A stretch of DNA of 64,000 nucleotides from Desulfobacterales bacterium (lineage in GTDB: Bacteria > Desulfobacterota > Desulfobacteria > Desulfobacterales > UBA5852). The notes beneath the pieces were generated by a model, which saw nothing but the letters and a program-made list of their open reading frames with translations, was not told the origin of the DNA and did not search any database. This document shows positions 20,157 through 28,680 of this stretch, piece by piece. Where the stretch lies: the NCBI GenBank assembly GCA_963674755.2, contig CAXXVS010000003.1, positions 736,001 to 800,000 on the forward strand. Reading direction: 5' to 3'. Position 1 is the stretch's first letter. Each line of letters opens with the position of its first letter. The position numbers and the translations under genes are program-made.

Positions 20157-20681
20157 ATGCTGCTGCAAAGCTATCAGCTCGATGTCATCAACAACCACTG
20201 CATGCCCAGTGCCCAGAGCGTCAACTGCATCGCCCGGCTGGACCAGGACGTGGGCTGTGCCATCCCCTACTTGAACGCAGTCATCGAGGGCGACCAGTTC
20301 ACCCCCGACCCGCCCTCCATCACCTTCCGCAACGAGGGCCGGCTGATTTCGGTCACGGAGCGCACGATCACGGTCAACGCCGTGGCGGACGAGGCCCAGG
20401 GCCGGAAGATTGTCGAATGGATCATGCGGGAGATCAACGACGCCTGGGAAAACAGGGAGAAGATCGCGCCGCGCTACACCAAGGCCGAACGCCCCCAGGT
20501 GGTTGAGGTTTTAAAACGCCTGCCCAAAACCAATTGCAAAAAATGTGGCGCGCCTACCTGCATGGTGTTTGCTACCTGGGTGGTCCAGGGGGCTAAGGAT
20601 GAGACGCAGTGCTCTGAGTTGAATGAAGAGGGGAAAAGAGAGCTGCAAGTTTATCTCACACGATTTAGTGCAGACGACTAA
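20157..20681 (+). CDS. Fe-S cluster domain protein
   Basis: LPKTNCKKCGAPTCMVFA...C; N-terminal RLDQDVGCAIPYLNA resembles the N-terminus of the 15672 regulator. Confidence 0.85.
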   Translation: MLLQSYQLDVINNHCMPSAQSVNCIARLDQDVGCAIPYLNAVIEGDQFTPDPPSITFRNEGRLISVTERTITVNAVADEAQGRKIVEWIMREINDAWENREKIAPRYTKAERPQVVEVLKRLPKTNCKKCGAPTCMVFATWVVQGAKDETQCSELNEEGKRELQVYLTRFSADD

Positions 20682-20794
20682 TATTTAAGGGCGCATAAAT
20701 GTAAAAAGAAAATTTGAAGTTAATAAAGTATTATGCTCGATGATAACACTTAGCGTCTTCATTATTTCCTGCAATACTCTGAAAGGTTGCTTTT

Positions 20795-23700
20795 ATGATT
20801 ATAAAAGGAATCCCAGATAGATGGGAGATAAGCCCAAAGAAAAAGCTTGATGTTCTGAGTAAAAATTGGCTGAATTCTGTGTCTTTCGATTTAAAAAACA
20901 TAAATTCTGATTCTGATAAAAGAATCACTATTGATCTCAGCAATATAGATTTTGTTTCAGCTTATGAATGGGTATCTTTGGTAGCTTTAGTCAACTATAC
21001 TATCGATAGAAAAGAAATTGACTATGTTGATATAGATCTGATTGGCGATAGTAAAGAAATGCTATTAAAACCAAAGGAATATATGCGATATATAGGCAAT
21101 AGAGATTTTTCTCGAACTACCTCCCCATCAGATTTTTATCATAGCCATAGGGCATATCAAATTGTTGGATTTTTAGAGGCATTTGGGACAAAAAGTGCCC
21201 TATTTAAAAGCCAAAAAAATGTTTCCATATTGTATCCTTGGCTGAATTTAAATGATGCTGATTTTCTGAACTTTTATGAATATAAAGAAACTAGACCAAC
21301 CGTTTTTTTAGGTTTAACTGAAATAAGAACAGAAGAAAATTGTCGATTATTCTTGGAAGATGAGATGGTAATGAATTGGCGAAATGCGATGAGAGAAAAA
21401 TTCGATAATTCGCCAATATTGGAGACAGAAGAAATCTGGCGCTCAATATGCCATGAACTATCAACTAACATATGGGAGCACTCTAATTCAAGTGGATATA
21501 TTTTTTACCGAGTTGTAAAACCAGTAGGGAAAAATAATAAAATACGTTGGTGGTGCAAGAATAATTATTCAGAAACACTTGGTAATTTATGGGGCAAATA
21601 CAAAGATGGATTTTTAGAAATTTGTGCAGTAGATTCAGGAGATGGTTTTGTTAATAGTTTAAAAGAATCATATTTAAACCAATCCAATCGCAAAAGTTGT
21701 GGACTTTCCGATGTAGTAGATATTTTATCTTTCGCATTTGATGAATTTGGGACATCTAAAACTAAGGATGAGAGTTGGGTTCTCAGTAGACATGCCTTAG
21801 GTAGGATTTTGTTAATAGTTTCTAAGTATGGTGGGGTGATTACGCTAAGATCTGATGGAGTTGAGATTAGATATATATCGTCGGAAAAAGGGTTTCTTCG
21901 AAATAAGAATGGTATGGGTTACAAACCTTCATCAGTAGACTATATCGATGAGAATATAGTTGGTTCTCATATACAAATATTGCTTCCGCTATATCCTACT
22001 GTTTCGTACAAGGATTTTGTCGAAAGGGAATCAGTTTTTAATTATTTACCAAAAAGTTATACGATAGACCCTAATCACGTTAGAGGGCATCTTGTTCCTG
22101 TCATGGAGTCATTGGGTTTTAAAAACGTTGTGCGCGGTACGAAAAACATTAGAAAATTTAGAAATGCATGCATAAGGTTGAACAATAGTCTTAGAGATCA
22201 ACACCCCCCATCCGAACCACTAATATTCGATTTTAGTGCAATTAATTGGGAGCCAGCACAGTTCGAGACATTTTTATATTTATTGCAAAATATCATACAA
22301 AAAAGACTTGTATTATTGGTAGAAATTGATTCCAGGCTCGCAAAAGAAGTAATTAAATTAGAGGCGGATTTATCGGATACATTTATTGATAAAAAGGTAC
22401 TCGGCCATTCATCTGAAAAAAAGTTTTTTGAAACTTATACAGCTATAAACAATATAGTATTAGGAATTGATAAAAATGGCGAAAAGTATCTGTTTGGACT
22501 ATCAGATCATAAATATGAAAAGGCGCTTCTTGGGTTGATTGAAACACCAGATACCATAAGTGGGTTATGCAGCTTTATTAATGGCAGTAAGGAAAACGAA
22601 GCATTTTGTAAAACAATATTAACAAGAGAATCGAGCTTATTTTATCTAGACAAATTGAACCGGTGGAACTGTTCTTGGAATAGTGAGGAGATTCTATTAC
22701 AAGCAAATAGAATCATATCAGATCATTTTGATCAAATTGCAAATGCAACAGGGGCATGGCAAGGAAGATCTCTAAGTTATAGCGATCATATTGATGAGCT
22801 TGATGATTCTAAAATTATTAAGAAACACTTTCATGCCAAACTGAAATATAATTTGCCATGGCAAGAAGAATGGAGAGATGCTTTTCTTGAATCATCTAAA
22901 ATTTTATCTAGAGAACGATATTGTGATGAAGCTGCACATAGGCTAATTTATAGATTAAAATATGGCCTTGAAAAATTACATAGAAAACTTGATGACGTTA
23001 ACGTTTTTGTTTGCGTTACTGGCCCCGCTTTGCTTCTAGCATCTGCTATGTATCGATGGTGGCCGGATGTCAAAAGACCAATCGTTGCAGACTTAAGTTA
23101 TAATGTTCTTTTAGAATCATCAGAAAGCCTCCCTTCAATTGTAGATGAAGGTGGAATAGTCATAGTGCAGGACATTTTCGAGCGTCGTAAAGTATCAGGA
23201 GAACTTTTACGTAAACTACAAAACCAATCAAAGGATATTCTCTGTGCAATTAGTTTAATAAAATTACGTAAAAATGTTATTAAGACAAAAATTATTCCAG
23301 TATCTGAAGGATGGGCAGATAGACGAAGCCCAAGATCAGATAGACTTCCATATCATTCCTTAATTGAGGCCCCTTCACCTTCTGTCTGCGAACCACCAAA
23401 TGAAAACGACGATGATTCTAATTTGTTTTGGATAGAACCACGTTCATTACACCCAACGAGTTATAGGCACCTAAGAAGAGAGTTTGGTGAAGGTCGCGAT
23501 CCATATTTACGCAGAAGAGATGAAATTCTCCCTGAGTTTGATAGTAAAACAAATGGTTGCTTATTTGCTGCCGGACATTATGTTTATGGTCATCGCCATT
23601 ACCAAGTTGCCATCGATGTTAAAAAATTAATCTCTGGGAAAATTGGAAAACTCATTTCAAATTGGATTGCAGATGTATGCGAAGGCAATCCTATGAGAAA

Positions 23701-26014
23701 TCAAGCTGCTTGGGAAAGAGACCGCGGTTATCGCTTAAAAGGTGATGTAACATTTATAATTATGCCCTTGCATAGTCAAATACATTATTTATGGCCTGAA
23801 ATTCGTAACGTATTAGCACAGAGAGGCCGTAGAGTAATAATGTGTTTACTAGATGCAACATTATTTTCCGGGAGACGCCCAACTTATCGAATTTCACATC
23901 ATTTAGAACAACAACTTAAACGAGCATCTTTAGATGCTATTGAAGCATGTAAAGCAAAATTAGATGATCACCCATCTCCTTTGCGACTATTCATAATTGA
24001 CGATGCAATTGCATCAGCAAGAAGTGCTGAAACAATTCTATTAAGCATATCAAATAGATTAAATAAAATATTTAGAAAAGCCAATTTCAATTTAGACAAA
24101 TTGCCTAATAAATATCATCCAATACAATGGATAAGATATTTTGCAATATTAAATCAAATGGGACATGCTAATCATACATTATGGCATAATATGAAACATA
24201 TCGGTACTCCTCCAATAAATTTTATTTTAGAAGAATATGCTCCTTTTATGGGGGTTCCGTTATACGAAAAAAAGGATTGCCCATATTGTAATGATAGAGC
24301 GAGATTGAAACAACTAATAGCGAATTGCTCTCAATTTGGTGCTAATATGACTGTAGAGTGGGTAAATGAGAGTTATAGGGAACTAAAGCCTATCGCTATC
24401 GATGGCCCCACTTTTGGTAGAAAAGAACCTACACCAATTGACTCTGGAATAGATATTTTAGGGCTAAGATCTAAAAGAATGGGAGCCCATCCTATAAAGT
24501 ATATAACCAAATTTGCAGATACAGCAATTTGGCGTTTTCACAAACTTATGCATTTGTCATATCCAATAGAAGATATATTGAGAAATATAAATAAGTGGTG
24601 GGAGTTTAATATAGCAAAAAAGGAAAATTATGACGAAAGCCAAAAGATAGAGTATCAACGATATAGATGGGCAGTTATTGATTGGTGCATTAAAAACTGG
24701 AGCAGGGTGAAAGCAAGTACAGCAAGGAAATCATTTGTTGATTTAATAGATCGAGAATTGAAGAACAACACCCCACTAATTGAAAAATTTTTGAATGGTT
24801 GTCATTTTATCTATACGGACAAGTATATTTTTGATTTACTAAAAAAAATGATTTTTGAGTTAGAACGTTTAGAATTTCAGCGTAAAGAGGAAAACAAAGT
24901 TATAGATAAAGAAAGAATTGAAAGGATAGATCGAATTGAGACAGGGTTAACTATATTCTTTTTAAATATAGTTGGTATTAATGATGAAGGGCAATCTACC
25001 AATAACTTGGAAGGAATAAACGATTCTTCTAAAGAGCTTTTAAATGAGCTAGAGAATTCAACGAAGAGACTTAGCAAAATAGGAACTAATTTAATAAATA
25101 ATTTGTATACTAGATTAATAAGGCCTAAAAGTATAGCAAGTCCAAAATGGGCTTTAAATGCTGTTGCAGAAAATTTATTTAGAGGGAGAGATCCCAAAAA
25201 TGCTCCTGCTGGAAGACATCATTTATTACCAAGAGTATTGTATGATAATTTCAGTAAAAAAAGAAATATTGAAGATTTGTTATTGCTAGAAGGAAGTCTA
25301 AGCGTTTTTCTGGCTGCTCTTAAAGATATTCTTCCTTATGCATATCTTTCATCTCCTTTCGGTGATATGAGTAGTATTACTCCTGATGCAGAGAACGTTA
25401 AAGATTTGTCAGAAAAAATATTGAACTGGATAAAAATAAATACAAGAGAAAAACTTTTAAAGGACAGACCTCCAGAGCTAACAGTTTTATATGATTCTTT
25501 AAGTTTAGACGGAAAATTTGTGCAAGCATTTAATGCAATATTTCAAGTAGATATAAATTATATAAAGAATTATATTGAAAATACAAAAGCAGAAAGACCA
25601 TTTAGTGCTGAATTGGATTTCAAATTTATATCAAGTCCAGGTACTGGAAATAGTACTGTACTATGTTATATTAATAGCCTTTTGAACATTCTCATGAATC
25701 ACGCTGTTGATCCAATGGATAAAATGTCCAAAAATCATAAATCAAAAATCGAAGTATCTAAACCTAATCGAAATGAGTTTCATACTGATCGGATGGTTTT
25801 TCGAATTGCTACCAATTTTGACTCTCTCGACATAACTAATCAAAAAATATTCGATAGCAAACGTGGTTTGCGTGAGTTAAAAAACATTGAGATATTCGGC
25901 GCTAAATTTCACAGCAGGGAATGGTTTAAACCTAATCAAGAAGAAATCGAAGATGGCTATACGGCTGCTTGGGAAATCATGATACCAACAGGATACTTAT
26001 CAAAAAAGGATTGA
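20795..26014 (+). CDS. Large multidomain protein: STAS-like, histidine-kinase-like ATPase, STAS-like, two PRTase-fold domains, degenerate C-terminal ATPase-like domain
   Basis: 1739-aa AT-rich ORF; ITIDLSNIDFVS; HELSTNIWEHS, VDSGDG and GSHIQILLP; LIFDFSAI; GIVIVQDIF; GHYVYGHRHY and LFIIDDAIASA; the ORF is secure, the domain calls are by eye. Confidence 0.75.
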   Translation: MIIKGIPDRWEISPKKKLDVLSKNWLNSVSFDLKNINSDSDKRITIDLSNIDFVSAYEWVSLVALVNYTIDRKEIDYVDIDLIGDSKEMLLKPKEYMRYIGNRDFSRTTSPSDFYHSHRAYQIVGFLEAFGTKSALFKSQKNVSILYPWLNLNDADFLNFYEYKETRPTVFLGLTEIRTEENCRLFLEDEMVMNWRNAMREKFDNSPILETEEIWRSICHELSTNIWEHSNSSGYIFYRVVKPVGKNNKIRWWCKNNYSETLGNLWGKYKDGFLEICAVDSGDGFVNSLKESYLNQSNRKSCGLSDVVDILSFAFDEFGTSKTKDESWVLSRHALGRILLIVSKYGGVITLRSDGVEIRYISSEKGFLRNKNGMGYKPSSVDYIDENIVGSHIQILLPLYPTVSYKDFVERESVFNYLPKSYTIDPNHVRGHLVPVMESLGFKNVVRGTKNIRKFRNACIRLNNSLRDQHPPSEPLIFDFSAINWEPAQFETFLYLLQNIIQKRLVLLVEIDSRLAKEVIKLEADLSDTFIDKKVLGHSSEKKFFETYTAINNIVLGIDKNGEKYLFGLSDHKYEKALLGLIETPDTISGLCSFINGSKENEAFCKTILTRESSLFYLDKLNRWNCSWNSEEILLQANRIISDHFDQIANATGAWQGRSLSYSDHIDELDDSKIIKKHFHAKLKYNLPWQEEWRDAFLESSKILSRERYCDEAAHRLIYRLKYGLEKLHRKLDDVNVFVCVTGPALLLASAMYRWWPDVKRPIVADLSYNVLLESSESLPSIVDEGGIVIVQDIFERRKVSGELLRKLQNQSKDILCAISLIKLRKNVIKTKIIPVSEGWADRRSPRSDRLPYHSLIEAPSPSVCEPPNENDDDSNLFWIEPRSLHPTSYRHLRREFGEGRDPYLRRRDEILPEFDSKTNGCLFAAGHYVYGHRHYQVAIDVKKLISGKIGKLISNWIADVCEGNPMRNQAAWERDRGYRLKGDVTFIIMPLHSQIHYLWPEIRNVLAQRGRRVIMCLLDATLFSGRRPTYRISHHLEQQLKRASLDAIEACKAKLDDHPSPLRLFIIDDAIASARSAETILLSISNRLNKIFRKANFNLDKLPNKYHPIQWIRYFAILNQMGHANHTLWHNMKHIGTPPINFILEEYAPFMGVPLYEKKDCPYCNDRARLKQLIANCSQFGANMTVEWVNESYRELKPIAIDGPTFGRKEPTPIDSGIDILGLRSKRMGAHPIKYITKFADTAIWRFHKLMHLSYPIEDILRNINKWWEFNIAKKENYDESQKIEYQRYRWAVIDWCIKNWSRVKASTARKSFVDLIDRELKNNTPLIEKFLNGCHFIYTDKYIFDLLKKMIFELERLEFQRKEENKVIDKERIERIDRIETGLTIFFLNIVGINDEGQSTNNLEGINDSSKELLNELENSTKRLSKIGTNLINNLYTRLIRPKSIASPKWALNAVAENLFRGRDPKNAPAGRHHLLPRVLYDNFSKKRNIEDLLLLEGSLSVFLAALKDILPYAYLSSPFGDMSSITPDAENVKDLSEKILNWIKINTREKLLKDRPPELTVLYDSLSLDGKFVQAFNAIFQVDINYIKNYIENTKAERPFSAELDFKFISSPGTGNSTVLCYINSLLNILMNHAVDPMDKMSKNHKSKIEVSKPNRNEFHTDRMVFRIATNFDSLDITNQKIFDSKRGLRELKNIEIFGAKFHSREWFKPNQEEIEDGYTAAWEIMIPTGYLSKKD

Positions 26015-26016
26015 AA

Positions 26017-27615
26017 ATGCCGATTAATATTCTTTATGTGGAAAATAGCCATAGAGATTATCTTGAACTTAAGAACGCTGCTGACGAATACAATAGCCAT
26101 AATTCTATAGATCCACTTGGAATATATAGAGCGCTTGACCCAGATGAAATGAAGGGATTAATTGGCCCTCAATTTAGTGTGATACTGGCAGACGTCTTCT
26201 TCAACGATCCTCAAACTGGTGAAGAGGATCAAATAAATAGATTAAAGGATATTATTGAGTATGTGAATGATTGGTGTAAATCACAAAGTAAGGATACATC
26301 AATTCCGATCATCGCTTATACTGGTAGAGCAACTTTAGAACAGTGTTTGGAGCAACAAGATTACTTATATGACATATGGGACAAAAATACTACAAATACT
26401 AACTATGTAATATGGAGGTTATCAAATCTTTCAATTGATATGTCAAGATATCAACCAGATGCATACATGCAAACTCTTATACGAGAAATGACTAAAGGAG
26501 CATCTTGGCATGATAAAGTAAAGGAAATGACTATTGACTACGATTCAGCCTTAAATGAATATGATCAAATCTACAGAGTTGACAAAACTATAGGTATAAT
26601 TGCGAATAATTTTGATACTGAAAACACTTGTGTTGAAATGTGGGGTTTAATTGAAAAGTCAGAACCGATAACGAGAGCACTAAATAAAAACATTAGAGGT
26701 CATGCAAGGCATGCCATTAATGTATTTTGGTTAGGCTACTATATTTTGAATTCTAGTGAGATCTCAGATCTCGTAATACAATATTGGAAAAACATGTTGA
26801 TAGATAGGCCAGATATGAAAGCGGTCAAAGATGTTGACTGTTTAGAAGCTTTAAATAACATTTGGTTCTATACAGGGTTGTTTCATGATATAGGAATAAA
26901 TGTAGAAAAATATAATCTTCAGTATGAGCAACAAAAATTATTTAAAAAGCATTTCAATGACTACGCCCTCCCATTGCCAAATCTAAAGGGGTTTCCGTTA
27001 TTAGAATTGCCATCTGAAATTAATGATTTAATTAATGAAATTAGCGGTAAGGAATTCGGAGAAGAATTAAGGGATAAATTTCTTGAAGGTATAAAAGGGA
27101 AAATACCCGATCATGGTCTTGTTGCTGCTACTTACTACCTAAAAAATATTCAATCAAATATGGAGCAGAAAAAATTTGCTAAAGAGGCAGCTAGGGCTAC
27201 TTTACTTCACAACATAATTTCGGAGGATTTTAGTCGGAATAAAACATTACTGAATTGGGAAAATGATTTTATTTCCTGTTTGCTATTGGTTTGTGATCAA
27301 TTGCAAACGTGGGATAGACAGCGCGAAGATAAATTGCTTATTGACGAAGAAAAGCCAGAAAGGGCAGAATTGAAAAGCCTTTCTTTTGAAAAACTAAAAG
27401 ATAAATATAAATTATCAATATTCATAGACTATATTGCTCCAGTCCATGTTGTTAGACACCCATACCACTATCAAAAACTTCGACATAGTTTAACCAATAT
27501 TATTTTGAAAAAACCTAACAAAGCTCTAAAAAAAATCGCCAAGCCCTGGCCTTTTGAATTATATGTAAATTTGACTTTGGGGAGGAAAGAGTTTTATAAA
27601 TTTACTTATAAATAG
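26017..27615 (+). CDS. Receiver (REC)-like domain fused to an HD phosphohydrolase domain
   Basis: NILYVEN, VILADVFF, IIAYTG receiver pattern; GHARHAINVF, LFHDIG, DHG, LHN, CDQLQTWDR HD pattern; AAGGA RBS, starts just after the upstream stop. Confidence 0.8.
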   Translation: MPINILYVENSHRDYLELKNAADEYNSHNSIDPLGIYRALDPDEMKGLIGPQFSVILADVFFNDPQTGEEDQINRLKDIIEYVNDWCKSQSKDTSIPIIAYTGRATLEQCLEQQDYLYDIWDKNTTNTNYVIWRLSNLSIDMSRYQPDAYMQTLIREMTKGASWHDKVKEMTIDYDSALNEYDQIYRVDKTIGIIANNFDTENTCVEMWGLIEKSEPITRALNKNIRGHARHAINVFWLGYYILNSSEISDLVIQYWKNMLIDRPDMKAVKDVDCLEALNNIWFYTGLFHDIGINVEKYNLQYEQQKLFKKHFNDYALPLPNLKGFPLLELPSEINDLINEISGKEFGEELRDKFLEGIKGKIPDHGLVAATYYLKNIQSNMEQKKFAKEAARATLLHNIISEDFSRNKTLLNWENDFISCLLLVCDQLQTWDRQREDKLLIDEEKPERAELKSLSFEKLKDKYKLSIFIDYIAPVHVVRHPYHYQKLRHSLTNIILKKPNKALKKIAKPWPFELYVNLTLGRKEFYKFTYK

Positions 27616-27633
27616 ACCAAGCAAGAAATAGGC

Positions 27634-28019
27634 CATGATGGGGACGCCCTTTATATATTTATATTTACATACCCGACCGTTTTCTGATATACATCTGAAA
27701 TGCCCCGACAAGCGCGAATCGATGCCCTCGGTGCGGTCCACCACATCATTGTCAGAGGAATCGAACGGCGTAAGATCTTCCTTGACGACCAGGATCGCGA
27801 CAACTTCGTAAACCGGCTGGGCGACCTGGTTATAGAAACCCAGACCCCATGTTTCGCCTGGGCGCTGCTTCCCAATCATTTCCATCTTCTGCTGCAAACC
27901 GGCTCCGTTCCCATCGCCACGTTGATGCGCCGGCTGCTGACCGGTTATGCTATCGGCTTTAACCGACGTCACCGCCGCAGCGGCCATCTGTTTCAAAACC
28001 GCTATAAATCTATCTTGTG
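27634..28019 (+). repeat. 386-bp direct repeat of the transposase left end (second copy 28674-29059)
   Basis: Near-identical sequence at an offset of 1040 bp. Confidence 0.95.
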
Positions 28020-28023
28020 GTAA
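27700..28023 (+). pseudogene. Truncated HUH/Y1 (RAYT-like) transposase
   Basis: First 106 aa nearly identical to 28740-29762, then cut at 28020. Confidence 0.9.
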
Positions 28024-28187
28024 GCGTTCAGCGAACCCCACTATCTATGCTGGGCGTGCGGGGGTGATCATTTGCTGATTCAGATTTTGCGGCAGGAGTT
28101 TCCTGTAATCGTCTTTGGTTTCCGCCAGCGGGAGTTTGTCGAACAGATACCGGAGGTAATCATAGGGCCTGAGCCCATTGGCTTTGA
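28020..28187 (-). mobile_element. IS66-family right-end remnant
   Basis: Starts GTAAGCG (IS66-type terminus); minus strand encodes KANGLRPYDYLRYLFDKLP...YRKLLP, like the IS66 TnpC C-terminal element. Confidence 0.75.
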
Positions 28188-28264
28188 GGCCATGATGGGG
28201 ACGCCCTAAACTTTTAAACTTCACGACCCAATCGGATAGTTTACCCAAACCTAAACTATAGATA

Positions 28265-28588
28265 ATGATTCATGTTGGCGGAAGAGGAGAGAAATTGCCA
28301 AAGCTTAAATGTCCTAATTGCAAACAAACGATTTCATTCTTTCATTTTTTTAAGGCATTCAGCCCTTGGAATTTTAAATGCTCAAGTTGCAATAAAAAAA
28401 TCAGGCCGAATAAAGCATCAATGACAATATTCCTTGCGTTTATGATATTGGCCGCGTTTTTCGGTTGGTTCAGACGATCGTTAAATCTCTCATGGCCTAG
28501 TTTTCTTGTCCTCGGGATAATTTTAGCAGGCATCGCCGAATATGCAATGTATTGGTTATATGTACAATTCGGTGCGACAACAGACTAA
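28265..28588 (+). CDS. Small membrane protein with an N-terminal Zn ribbon
   Basis: CPNC...CSSC followed by two hydrophobic helices; AT-rich; true start may be the TTG near 28295 after GAGGAG. Confidence 0.65.
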   Translation: MIHVGGRGEKLPKLKCPNCKQTISFFHFFKAFSPWNFKCSSCNKKIRPNKASMTIFLAFMILAAFFGWFRRSLNLSWPSFLVLGIILAGIAEYAMYWLYVQFGATTD

Positions 28589-28680
28589 ATCAGCCTGCCA
28601 ACCCACTTTCGACAAGGGACCAGGACGGGAGAAACGTGGGAACGACCCAAACTTATAAACTTCAGCATGGGAACATGATG

